Shown one piece after another: positions 14,461 to 27,918 of a DNA stretch of 64,000 nt. Below the pieces are notes generated by a model. It saw only the letters and a list, made by a program, of their open reading frames with translations, did no database searches and was not told the origin of the DNA. Source of the stretch: Octopus vulgaris (Eukaryota); contig OX597826.1 in assembly GCA_951406725.2 (NCBI GenBank), positions 15,500,001 to 15,564,000 of the forward strand, written 5' to 3'. The position numbers and the translations under genes are program-made. How positions within the stretch are numbered: position 1 is the stretch's first letter; each line of letters starts with the position of its first letter.

Positions 14461-14931
14461 GCCTTCGTTGATCGAAGGCTGGAAGTCTTCGACAATGACT
14501 GCCTCCGGTGCATTCTTCGCTGTCGTCGGGTGGATCGTGTTCCCACCGCCAATCTCCGACTTCGCCTATCTCTACGGCCCCTTCCATCTGTCCTTCTTCA
14601 ACGGCGCTTACGGTAGTTTGGCCATGCATGTAGGCGTCCGGTGGGTGAACTGAGCCGTGATGTCCTTCTCCCAACTCCATTTCCCAACTGGCGGAAACGT
14701 GCGGGCGGGAAGCTGAAGCCCTGGGCTACGACGATCAAGGAGGACCTCTCCGTGCTCACGGGTCTGCAGGTGGTCGGCCTGCGCCGATGGAACTGTGACT
14801 GGCTCGCTATCTCCAGTGAACTGGCGCAGGATCGTCGTGCGTGGGCTGCCATGGTTCGAGACGCCTCGAGGGTGCTTGAAGAAGCCGACTCAATCCGCCC
14901 AGGGTGAATGTCGCCGCAAGTACAAGTAAGT
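14461..14931 (+). mobile_element. 5'-truncated RTE-clade LINE with 10-bp TSD, nested in an older SINE (~14335-15010)
   Basis: TSD ACTCCTTGTA at 14451-14460 and 14932-14941; peptide RRLEVFDNDCLRCILR...RRLR*FGHACRR...WRKRAGG..KPW..TIKEDL...LAQDRRAW; (CAAGTA)n tail. Confidence 0.92.
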
Positions 14932-15842
14932 ACTCCTTGTACCTGTTCAGTCAACGTTGGTCCGATGGGGAAAATGAGCTAATGTATAGCACAAGCCTTT
15001 GGTTACTATAAATATGCTATTAGGGCAAGATATTGCAGAAGTTCGGACAACAAGAATCAACCATCATCATTTACAATCTATATCTAGTACCTAAAATCAC
15101 ATTCTGTCCTCAACACTCACCGAAAAACCTGAATCATGTGTATATCTTGATTCCATTCTCTCACAACCCATTTCTCACATCTGTGACTAGCAGAAACTCA
15201 ATCTTCCAGTTATTTTTCGTATGTAGTCTCTCAACTTTTGAACTACATCTGCTTTCTCTAGGACTATCTAGAATTCTCCAACCAACAATAAATTTTCTTT
15301 TATATCCTTTTTGTGTGGAATTCATATACCTCACCATTCCTGTTTCTAAAGTATTTTCCTGTGACGACCTCATTGTCCATTACTTGGATACCACACTCCG
15401 ACCATATTGATGAGGTTGGATCTAAGATGGTTTTCAACCCCACCGAAACAGCCCTTTCCTTTAGAAGAAATCAATAAAGAAATAAATGTTATACAATATA
15501 TAGATGGTATGATAATGCTGATTTCCCGAAAAACTGAGCTCACGACTTGTTCTTTGGCCTTTGTCGCTTCCAATTTCTCTCCGCATGCTGTTTTAATGAA
15601 TTGACGGAAAACAATAGTAATATCACATAATCCAATTCCGTCTCTTCTATAAGAATGGGATATTCCACTTGTATAAAAATCAATAAACAGTGAGTATTAG
15701 ATCAATAAGGAATCAATTCTTCTGGATAGATTTTCTCAATCAGGCTTATCTAGATGCATCAACAACAATATAGAAGAATAAAGCGACAACGAATGCTATT
15801 AGAAACGAGGCATGCTTTAATGTCACACAAGTTACATATATG

Positions 15843-15905
<63 letters not shown>

Positions 15906-16657
15906 GAATATATATATGGGTGTGTGTGTATGTATGTGTGTGCATATATACATACGCATCTATAATACATATGCATATATCCCATACATTCACACCCATA
16001 TATACATATATGCACCCATATACATACAGGTATATAAGGGTATATATTACACATATATAATATAATATACACGTGTATATATTTGTATATATATATATAT
16101 ATATACATGTATGTATGTATGTATTGGTATGCATGTTTGTGCTTGTGTGTGCATTGACATATGGCAATGCATGCTATTAGTTTGCAGCTCTAAATAATTG
16201 CTTTGGCGCTGTGAAATTCCCCGGTGGCTGGTGAAAGGTCAATTTCTCAATCGTCATCGGTTCTTCGCTGCCTTCTATACTCTAGCTCATCCTACTTCAT
16301 CCTTCCGTAATTTATCAGTTGACCTTTATAGTTATCTATTACGTTCACTTCCTACACATTTCTCACATTCATTCAACCACTCTTTCATCTCGTCATTCAA
16401 TCATTTACTCAATCTGCAACGGCCATTGTAATTCTTTCACTCTATAACCATTATGTGCGTCCAACGTTAGCATTGCTACAGTTGTGGTCTCTTAGCTGAA
16501 TTCATATACACACATGCTTGCGACAATTACATATACTCGCATACATGTGTTTTGATGACAATTTCTAGCGTTAGAAATGTTTGTTGTTCATGTTTTTCTG
16601 AATAAGATTAATGAACTAAATCGAAGATGAGATTACTGGCCACGCACGTACGCACAC

Positions 16658-16719
<62 letters not shown>

Positions 16720-17080
16720 GCACACAATGCCAGGCAGGTCTCTAAGTGCTTGTGGTCCTGAGAAACCTGTTGCATGGTCGGGTCGTCGGTGATTAAACTA
16801 TTAATACCACCAGGTTGACATGATGAGAAGTGTTGTTAGGAAGCAAGAAGAAACAATGACAAAAATATAAACACAGATTACAATCAACAAATATCTAGAA
16901 ATCGTATCAGCCGTAGAAATTCTGGGCTTCACCGGGGCTCCGAGGCCAGCGGCGGTTCGTAGATTAAATTAGTTGCGGTGCTGCTTCAGAAAAGTTTTAG
17001 CCGTTGTTTTAAAATTGTTTAAAAGGAAACAAATATTTATAAAGAAAATTTATACATAAACTTGATCGGTTCGCGTTTTA

Positions 17081-17571
17081 GCCACTGCCGGGTAGTGTGT
17101 TTAATTTTAGCCACAGCCGGGTAGTGTGTTTAATTTTAATCACTGACGGGTAGTGTGTTTAATTTTAGCCACTGCCGGGTAGGATTTTTAATTTTAGCCA
17201 CAGCCGGGTAGTGTGTTTAATTTTAGCCACTGCCGGGTAGGATTTTTAATTTTAGCCACTGCCGGGTAGTGTGTTTAATTTTAGCCACAGCCGGGTAGTG
17301 TGTTTAATTTTAGCCACTGCCGGGTAGGATTTTTAATTTTAGCCACAGCCGGGTAGTGTGTTTAATTTTAATCACTGACGGGTAGTGTGTTTAATTTTAG
17401 CCACTGCCGGGTAGTGTGTTTAATTTTAGCCACTGCCGGGTAGTGTGTTTAATTTTAGCCACTGCCGGGTAGTGTGTTTAATTTTAGCCATCGCCGGGTA
17501 GTGTGTTTAATTTTAGCCACTGCCGGGTAGTGTGTTTAATTTTAGCCACTGCCGGGTAGTGTGTTTAATTT
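17081..17571. repeat. 29-bp minisatellite, 17 units (consensus GCCACTGCCGGGTAGTGTGTTTAATTTTA)
   Basis: Units start every 29 bp from 17081 to 17545; five variants; no spacers. Confidence 0.95.
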
Positions 17572-20500
17572 GTTCACTGAACACCGCTGCGAATTCCCCC
17601 TTGTTTTTCAAAATCCTCCACTAAATCACAAAATAAGGGATGGTTGGTGTGGGAAGTCAGCCCTATTTTTCAAATCCTGGCAGCAACACTAGTTGGAATC
17701 AGGATAATAATCTAATTGTACACTTTATCACATTCAACAATATAAACACGTTTTTTAGCACAATACACGCATAGTCATAACGAAACACTAACTTTCACCA
17801 GCACAGCAGAGTCGGCACTGCGTGAACCATAGTGCTCTCTCTCTCCGTAGCGTGCAGCTTCCTATCTCGGAATTATTTTCATAAAGTAGGGAATGTCTAC
17901 TGACATTAAACTTAAGAATTAAATAATGTACAAGTATAAAAAAAGAATTAAAGAAAAACGGGGCCATTATATCGAATGTTATCGATAATATCGAATGGAA
18001 ATAAGGGGTGCTGCAGTTCCGCAGTGCCTATACACAAGCTGGCACTGCCCGATGCATACTTCTGGGAATAGGTTCCTCTGACATAAAGCACAATAACATT
18101 GCTGCGATAGATATCGTATTTTAGTTTATCTCCAAGCCCCTCAACCCTGTGAATTGTCATAGAGGCTGTCCTCAACTTAAACATTTTGAAAAAGCATTGC
18201 CGAAAGTTTTCATCAGCGATGGTACTCGTTCAGCGGATAGTTATTAACATACACGCCCACACGCATGCACACACATACACACACGCACGCACACAAACAC
18301 ACACATACGCACACACGCATTCCCCCACACAAGGTGGATGCGTGTGTGTGTGTGTGTGTGCGTGTGTACGTCGGTGCACTGAAGTATATATTCTGTGTTA
18401 AATATACAGAGATAATTTGTGTGTCGTGAAGTAAGTTTTCCGTAATTAGAGCCATCCATCAATGTATTGTTATGCACAGTGTTTAGACTGTTAGTCTCCA
18501 GTTTTAGAATTTGGTAGAGAAATATGCTGTCATGTAACTTCATATTGTATTGTTTTGGCGCATATTCATTTACATAATCACACGGCTTCTTGAACTTCTA
18601 ATTGTTTTCATTAGCTATACTTCCGAAGTATCGATGTCCTGGTGGTGTTCTCTGAATGAATAGTCTTATCTAATATAGTCCATAATATCAACTCAATTTG
18701 TTCTGAATAGGCGCTTTTTAATGCTGAGATATTGTAACAGTTAAAGTGAGTCTAAACTGTTAGAGCATAAATTAACTTTCTCCACTAACACAACTGGGGG
18801 TTACTACAACAAGGTTCTCGTTTGGAGATTCTAAACAATTCGAAGAAACTGGCAATGGTCAGCGTATGCAAGTATTAGTTATTAAGATGATGTGTTCGGG
18901 TATTCATGCCATTGTGTTTAACGTTCCAGGTTTTGTCATTTGTCTGAGAATTCGGAAAAATGCATGGCTATTGCTTGGAAGACAAATAAATGAAAGGAGT
19001 TCGGATATGCAATCATTTGAAAAGATTGGAGGCATGTGAGGGAAAACATGTAGCAATCTAGGAACATGAAAGGCAAGGTAAAAGTCAGAAGTACCAGCAA
19101 AGGCAAAAAATCAAAAACGCGAAGTGTTCAGGCAAAAATGGATACAGAAGAAAACAAATAGTATTTAAAGCCGGAAGCAAAGGTAAATCGCACAAGAAAC
19201 TATCACTGAATTATAATACCCATTACTCTGACACTGCGCTGATTTAAATGTCCAGTCAGTGCTTCTTGTTCTAAACGACTCAGTCCGTATTGCGATATAA
19301 GAAATACTTAGTCTTAACTTGTCGCGGTTTCACCCATTTCACTGGCCTGTACATTCATCTCTTAAGGGGCATCTCTTCAACTATTCAGGTAGGATGAAAT
19401 ACCATATGATAAGGTTCACCGAATCGCACCATATAATACTAGTGGTCAGTATATAATGCAAAATATCCAAATGTAGTCTTCTTTCTATAATTCTTTGAAC
19501 ACGTGCAGATAGATCCAAGACGAAACTGTATCGATGCTATATCAGGAGATAGGATTGTCACTTCAATGCAATTTTTATGAATATTGATATCAACGTACTG
19601 TTGTTCTAGTTTTATCTGAAGTATCCCTTGAAGGAAGGATACTCAACACGGTACGGGACTTGACTTCGACCACTGGAAAAACAGGGTTAGCATAGTGCGG
19701 ATTTGATCCTAATAGTTCATCATCATGGGCTAAAATGTCATTCTTAATACAGATGAACCTTCTCAGAGATAGCGTTTAGGTTGCTCATTTAAGTTATAGG
19801 GTCGAACATTCCTTTGGGACGACACTATCTTGACAGAAAAACTTAAGATCAGTGAACATGGCTTTGGATCTTAATGGACATATGAAAATATACCCGAAAT
19901 TGCAATATGAAATGGTCAAATCCTTTAACCGCATGGAAAAAACATAAATAAGTGTATATTCAGTAACAAAAGTCAAGAGATAGATCTTATTAGATGTTAG
20001 ACGATGAGCGTAAAATCGAGACTTATGTAGTCAAAGTGTTACGTGTAACTGATGAGCTAATATGGTTGTGGGGGATAATATATGTTTTGGCAAATAGGAC
20101 AACCAGGAATGACAAATGTCGATCGCACAATACAAAACCGTGAGCTCAAACACAATAATTTAGCCTTGTAATGTCTGAGTGACAACGAGATTCACAAAGT
20201 TCTAAGAGTTTACTTTGCAAAGTGAAACAACAAACATCACTCGAAAATATATCTCTGGTAATGATTGAGGTATCCAGGAGTATGTAACGCGCTGGAATTA
20301 GATGGCATGAGTACTAATTGCCAGCGAGATATTTTTCAGTTTTTATCTCCACTAGCTTGTGCATTCATCTCTTTTATTTGGACGTATAAGCTATGCATTT
20401 CTGATCAGTTGATAGAATGACTAACACTGGCCAACGCAATTTTTGTTGCATTTATACCAACAATTGATAATAACTAATTTGAGTATGCCGAGAAATGAAA

Positions 20501-21055
20501 TCTATAATTTTATTTTCCGTTCGCACACTTTGTATGGGTGCATAAAATATTAATCTTCAGAATGAAACACAAAATGTAATCACCACCATAAGTATCAGTT
20601 GCAAGGCCTTTAAATATTCAACCTAACTTAGGTTCTGAAGGCTTCTTATGCACGGACTCCAATAAAGTTTTCTGGAAGTGGCAAGTTTGTGTTGCACTAT
20701 AATTTTATTCTTCTAAATGAAAGCATTTATTGAAGCAGTCCAGAAGTCAATATAGGTAATGCATTCAGAGTGAACGAGCAGTGCCTAAGTCTTCCAGAAA
20801 GTATACGAGATTGATAAAGATAAAGGAAAGGAAAAACGCACGGCTTATGTGACATTGGTTTTTGAAAACAGTATAATCAATAAAAAAAAATATGACTAGA
20901 GAGTAGACTGGTTATAATGCTTGCAACAGATTGCATATCAACTGCTAAAGCTACACGCGCACACACATGTTTGTTTGTATCTATGTATACACAGCAATTC
21001 GCTAAATCATCCATAGATTTGTATGAGGAAAACATATATGCTGTATATATGGTGT

Positions 21056-21583
21056 AGCATGCAATTGCTACACCAAATACTTGTATCACGTTATGAAAGG
21101 TTCGAGAAAGAACATTTGGTATTATGGTAGGTAATATTATAATGGTAGGTAAACCGAGTATTACTGGGAAAGTATGTCCATACCGTTTTCTCGTTCAATA
21201 TAGAGCGAGAAAACGGTATGGACGATTTTTTGGAGTACCCTGTACACCTATTTAATTATGAAGATTTACAGACATACTTTCCCAGTGATACTCGGTTTAC
21301 CTACCATTATAAATAATACCAAATGTTCTTTCTCGAACTTTTCATAATGTGATACAAGTCTTTGGTGTAGCAATTGCATGCTGAAGAGGGCTTTTAAACT
21401 ATCTGTTATGTCGATTATACATTGATGTAAGAATAAGTAGTTATATAAGCTCGAAACATGTGTACCGCGACATCCTTTGTGTCCTGTTTCTCATTTTATT
21501 TCATTTGATACATATATCCTCTCACCTATGCTACTAGCTGGCATATACAGGTACCTACATTTATCAAGTATTCACCCCGAATT

Positions 21584-21587
<4 letters not shown>
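21056..21587 (+). mobile_element. PLE-like cassette: inverted repeat (21056-21178 / 21271-21382), then HHR-like motif and 3' end abutting (TA)n
   Basis: Arms are reverse complements by eye; CTGAAGA at 21381, stem II gggctt/aagctc, GAAAcatgtgTA at 21453-21464; 3' part matches 42308-42440. Confidence 0.7.
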
Positions 21588-21637
<50 letters not shown>

Positions 21638-23054
21638 GCAATTACACGCACACACACAAAAACGCACACACACACACATACACAAGCATACACACAAATC
21701 AATTTATAATCTTACTAAAAAAAAAAAACCAAATATATTTTTAGCAATTTTAAAGGGTGTTAGATCGAACTACCACAATGAACGCATTTCACAGACAAGA
21801 AACATTAAACGCAAAAGTGATCTCGGTTGAATTTGAACTGAAAATATAAACTGTAAGAGGTATATAAGACGTATTATCGGATATTCTACCGTTACTGCCA
21901 TCAATCAATTTTCATATATAAAAGATATACGTTGAAAACCCATACACTTCGCAGTTTCTATATATTGTGAGAAACCTAACACACATACAGAAGCAATGTA
22001 ATATTCATGTCGTGCGTCAATGTTAGATGAAATTGTAAACCTCATTCAATAATACATGTATTAATTTCATTTCCTAACATGTTGATGTAATTCCAGTTTT
22101 ACATACACACGCTGAACATTATGAAGCAAACAACGTATTGACTTATTCACACGTACAAAACATAGTATGATACCAGAACACAAAATAATACTCGTCGCAG
22201 CTTGTTGCCGCAACAAAGGAAGGAAAGAACAAATAAAGAAATGTCAATAGATCGAATTTTTCTGTGACCTCCTAAATGAAATGTGGCTAATACGTTTTAG
22301 ATAAGCACCTCAACAAAACACATGATTAGTAACAGATGTGGAGCAGTGGAATGAATTTCAGTCGTGACTGAATTAGCCGCTATGCTTACTTCTTTATTAG
22401 TTTTCCTAATATTCTTCTTTCTATCATTTCGATTGAGTGACAGTTATAAGAGCATTTTGTGTTGCTTAGGAAAATAAACAAAAATTTCTTTTAAAAGTAA
22501 CTACAAATCTCTATGCCATATTGCCATATGTACGCGTGTACATTGTCTGTCTGTGAGAGGTGAGGTGGAGATTATAGCAAAATTATGAGTTAAAATAATT
22601 GTAAAAGTATTAGTCATTCATTGAACCACGAGCACAATGTCTACTAGTTCCATCCTTTGCAATTTGATAGAGGAGAGCAACTGTGCTATATTTACTTGTT
22701 TTGTTATTAGCTTGGTGTGAAGGTAGACATGCCATTTTCCTTCACATTTACTTCGGATGCCGGTGCATTCGACTTCGCTAAAAAGAACGCATCATGACAG
22801 TTTAAGGCGTGCAATATACAATAGCAAACACCAAGTAAAAACATTATTTCGTGTTATTATTGAATCCGAGATTAGACTTGACTGAGCAGACATGTTGCAA
22901 TTATTAGGTTCAAAAAATCCACATATCCGTTTTATAATCATACTAAGTCTACACTTCATGAAGCATAGTGACGCTTAGTCATAAATTACTGCATTGGACA
23001 CAGTAATTTATGTCCGAGGGTCTAATTTGTTTTTGTACTGATTTATTATTTTAT

Positions 23055-23448
23055 TCATTTACTTCTTTCAGTCATTTGACTGCGACTATGCTGGAACACT
23101 GCCTTAAAGGGTTTCAGTCGAACAAATCGACTCCAGGACTTATTCGTTGCTAGCCTAGTACTTACTGTATTCGTCTCTCTTGCCGTGCAGCTAAGGTTAC
23201 GGGGATGTAAACACACTAATATCGGTTGTCAGACGATGTTGGGGGGACAGACACAGGCACAAAGACACACACGCACACTCACACACATATACGATGGGCT
23301 TCTTTCAGTTTCCGTCTACCAAATCCACTCAAAAGGCTTTGATCGGCCGAGGCTATAGTAAACGACACTTGCCCAAGGTACTACGCAGTGGGAGTGAAAC
23401 CGGTTGGGAAGCAAGCCTCTTACTACCATATAGCCACTCCTGCGCCTA
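23055..23448 (-). mobile_element. SINE family A, near full length
   Basis: Homologous end to end with 27211-27622; minus-strand head GGCGCAGGAGTGGCTATATGG. Confidence 0.85.
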
Positions 23449-23841
23449 TTCAAAACAGAAATGTGTCTATTGTTGGGGCAGTTCAAATATTTGATCTGAT
23501 GTTTTCTAGTTGTTACCAACCACACCCATTTAAATGTATTTACGACTACATTTTTAAATGCATCCTTTACGCTTTTGAAACAGAAGAATATTCATTGAGG
23601 ACTTTGCTAGGTATTTGTAGCAAGTAGAAGGAATACTTACGATCTGCCTAAGAGAGTGTAAACTCAGGTGATAGTTAATTAAAGGTAGAGGAAGTCAGGT
23701 TAGCTGCGTTAGTGTTCTGTGATTATTGATGTTGCATTTAGTTCTGTTATGTGTGTGTGTGAGTGTGTGTGCGTGTAAGTGTGTGTGTGCGTGTGAGTGT
23801 GTGTGTGTGAGTATGTGTGTGAGTGTGTGTTGTGTGTGTAA

Positions 23842-23893
<52 letters not shown>

Positions 23894-24433
23894 GTGTTTT
23901 AAATGTGTGCGAGTGTGTATTTTATGTTTTTCTGGAATGACAGGAAGTGTAATGCAGGTATTCTGATATTGTAGCATATCGGTGATGACCGCGCGTTGTG
24001 GAATGATTGTAAATATAGTAGTAACTGGAAATGTGATAGATGAATCTTTCTGCATACATAAATTTTGCGCCCCACGTTTTCAAGGGGTCTGTTATTTAGA
24101 GTGACATCTTTTGTATGTGGAAGTACATCAGGGAATGTAATTTCACTGTAGTCTGCAACGATATGAATTCACTGACATTTTTTTTAATAATTACTGAAGT
24201 TGTGTTTTAAAGGCATGGGGGACCAAAGCAAGTCTTTCATAAGTGGTGACGGATCTCGTCGATTTTTCTTAGTATTTGTGTGACTTTCTGTTAAGTAAAT
24301 ACTATAATTGTGCTTCTGTTTGTCTTGTTGATTCTTTCAGAATGTATTCCACGAACTCTAAATGCTTAAGAAGTCTAGCACATAATTCTTACTCTTTACT
24401 TCTCTCTCACCCTCCCTCCCTCTCTCTCTCACC

Positions 24434-24690
<257 letters not shown>

Positions 24691-25171
24691 TCTCACTCTT
24701 ATGTCTCTATCGTTGTTTGTCCCCAGTTCAGTTCTGGCTTACAATTTGCAACATACAAAAACAAGTGACTCATGAACTATTAGTTATAACGTGTAGAGAA
24801 AATAATGGATATCTTGGTAAACAATATTAAAACTTCCGTTTTTACGCTCTGAGTTAAAATTCTGCATGGGTCGACTTTACCTTTCATTATTTCGGAGGCG
24901 ATGAAGTAAGTACCAACAGAGCACTAAGGTCGAAAACAACGACTTACACCCACCCTCGAAATTGTGCCAAAATTTGAAACCAGTGACCTATACATTATAT
25001 CAGGTTATAGTAGCCGTAGGTTTACTATATCTTGCTGAAGACATCCAGTAATAATAAAATATATTCAGAGATATCATCACATATACTAATGAGCCAGCGG
25101 ATTCCCCTTTGCATTTCATTTAAAACTTTGATCATTTGAAATATCGAGAGTTACTTCCTCTACCACTTTTA

Positions 25172-25567
25172 CTTGTACTTGTGGCGACACTCACCCTGGG
25201 CGGGTTGAGTCGGCTTCTCCCACCACCCACGAGGCCTCTCGAACCATGGCAGTGGAAGAGGTTTCGTGGGAATATGAATTTCACAAGCGGTCCCGAACAA
25301 TTCCGCATGTAGAGACATCCTGTTTGCCGCAGATTGTCCGCAGACGCAGGGACAGAACGACCGAGGAGCCGCCGGTTGCCGAAACAGACACTCCGAGGAT
25401 TTTCACCAGAGCCCCATCTGCCGGGTTGTGGCCCTGATACCACTCGGTGTCAGACCAATCCGCCTTGGGTGGCCCTACCAGGAACCGAAGTTCCCGATGG
25501 CATAGCTCTGACACTATCCGTTGCCAGCGTCCCCACAACGGTGAGGAGGGGATGGACTTTGGGGTCG
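25172..25567 (-). mobile_element. Bipartite non-autonomous RTE derivative (5' UTR joined to 3' tail) with 8-bp TSD
   Basis: TSD CACTTTTA at 25164-25171 and 25568-25575; 25172-25252 is the reverse complement of the RTE 3' end at 14848-14931; remainder has the RTE 5'-UTR-like GAGCTATG...CCTGGTAGGGCCACCCAAGGC. Confidence 0.82.
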
Positions 25568-26015
25568 CACTTTTAATAGCATATAGGCATGCATGTAATT
25601 TTATTACTTTCCATTATCCTGATATAAATTAGCATAAATTTCCAAAAGAGAAGAAATAGTTCCAGCGTAGGAAACCAGATAAATGAACTACAATAGTGTA
25701 ATACGATTACTAAAATTAGAAATATATGTGATCCCTCTCATAGAAGTTATATTAGTTTCATTGAGAAGGAGTAAGGCGTTTAAATCAACCCAAGTGTTGA
25801 ACTAAAACGTCTTTTATCGAGCCTGAAAGGTTGAAAGGAAAAGTCGCCTCAGACGGAAGAAATGGTGCGAAGTATTTTTTTCTTGTGCGATAACGTTTCT
25901 TCCACCTCATCGCCTTATAAAGCATATAAAATATTGCTTACTGCGTATAAAAGAAAAAAAAACCCAGTTAACTGATGAGTATTGATGTGTGTGTAGGTGT
26001 ATGTGCGTTCTCTCT

Positions 26016-26067
<52 letters not shown>

Positions 26068-26913
26068 TTTGTGCCTATGTGTGAGTATGTGCTTATGTAC
26101 AATCTAATAAAGCTTGTATAATACAGATAGACATGATAAATTGGAACAAAATCATAGTAAATGCCATCACCAGAACTCGCCCATGGGGAAAACATTTAAA
26201 ATAAATAAGTAGATATCATATACAGCAATTTCCATCAGAAAAAGGAAAGAAGGAAAAAGGTAAAAGGAAACGGAATGGGAAATTTAATTTTAAAGTGATA
26301 ACAACATCCATGAATCAAAATTTCAGAAAAATAGTCACTTACACATAATTATTAAAAGCCATGCCAATAAAGATGAATAATAGAATAAATCAAAGAGTAA
26401 TCAAATAGTATATACCCTCGCAGGTTCCTCTCTAACGGCAGCAGCTCAGAAGCCTCAAAAACTAATTATTTTATACATGAATTGGGGATATAAAGCCATT
26501 AATCAGGTTTCAATAGTAGAAATTGTTTGTAATTATTAAATCGAAGTGTAACAAAAACTTCAAATCTGATGAAATGAGCAACAATGAAAAATATATAAAT
26601 AGAGAAGAAAGAAGCAAAATATCTTCCAAGGTTAATAAATGAATGATAGTTGCCTTGCGAAATATATAATGGAATTGTGTCAGTGATAAGTGACAGATTT
26701 ACGACAGATGTTTTTGACATTTTACAGTATACAGTACTATAAATGAAACGAAGCAATACTGAATTTAATTGTTTACTTCTGTGGTGATCATGAATCTCCT
26801 ACCCTGTAATTATATATATCAGACACCGATGAGTACTCTAAAGTGTTAGACAACCATACAAAGCGTTTAGGTGTGAAGGCAAAACTCGGTCTACATACAT
26901 ACAATTGATTTTA

Positions 26914-26989
<76 letters not shown>

Positions 26990-27210
26990 ATATTTATCAG
27001 ACCAGCCTATGCTTTTTTTCGCAGATTGTTTAATGGGCTAGGTGAATGACATTTCAAACTAATGTTAATGGTTTATAATTTATTATTTGTTCTCACGAGT
27101 GAACATATTTGGGACAAACTGAAATTGTTTCTCAATTATCATGTTTGATGACACGTCTTACTATGCAGCATTCAAAAGCCAGATACTGTCCCAATAATAT
27201 GTATATATAT

Positions 27211-27622
27211 CTCTTTTACTCTTTTACTTGCTTTAGTCATTTGACTGCGGTCATGCTGGACCACCACCTTTAATCGAGCAACTCGACCCCGGGGCTTATT
27301 CTTTGTAAGCCCAGTACTTAGTCTATCGGTCTCTTTTGTTGAACCGCTAAGTGACGGGGACATAAACACACCAGCATCGGTTGTCAAGCGATGTTGGATG
27401 GGACAAACACAGACACACAAACATACACGCACACACATATATATATATATACATATATACAATGCGCTTCTTTCAGTTTCCGTCTACCAAATCCACTCAC
27501 AAGGCTTTGGTCGGCCCGAGGCTACAGTAAAAGACACTTGCCCAAGGTACCACGCAGTGGGACTGAACCCGGAACCATGTGGTTGGTAAACAAGCTACTT
27601 ACCACACATCTACTCCTGCGCC
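27211..27622 (-). mobile_element. SINE family A, full length
   Basis: tRNA-like head with B box GTTCAGTCC, CORE-like CCTTGGGCAAGTGTC, internal microsatellite, (AAAAGAGT)n tail on the minus strand. Confidence 0.88.
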
Positions 27623-27639
27623 TATATATATAATAATAA

Positions 27640-27886
27640 TAATATTAGGGAGTACATCCAAACTTACAGGGAAAAATTAGATTTAGAATTAAATATAAAT
27701 TAAATTAGAGATAAAACCACTATTAGCTAAATCAAACAGTGAAAAACATAAACCAAAGCATAGAAATAACATTAATTAATATAATATACAAAATATATAA
27801 AATATTAAATTCAAAATTAAATTATTTAAATTTAAAGTTAAAAATTGTTTAAATTAAAAATTATTAATTTTTATTTATAAACTTTC

Positions 27887-27918
<32 letters not shown>

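Noticed and set aside
17081-17571. CRISPR-like array of 29-bp repeats
   Set aside because: Units are directly adjacent with no unique spacers, there are no cas genes, and the context is eukaryotic; it is a minisatellite
17948-18184. 78-aa ORF with SMTIHRVEGL resembling a helicase motif
   Set aside because: Single short resemblance, with no other helicase motifs or clear splice context
19480-19700. Possible Gypsy integrase remnant (FEHVQID, STTGKTGL)
   Set aside because: Only two short motifs; too weak to call without a profile search
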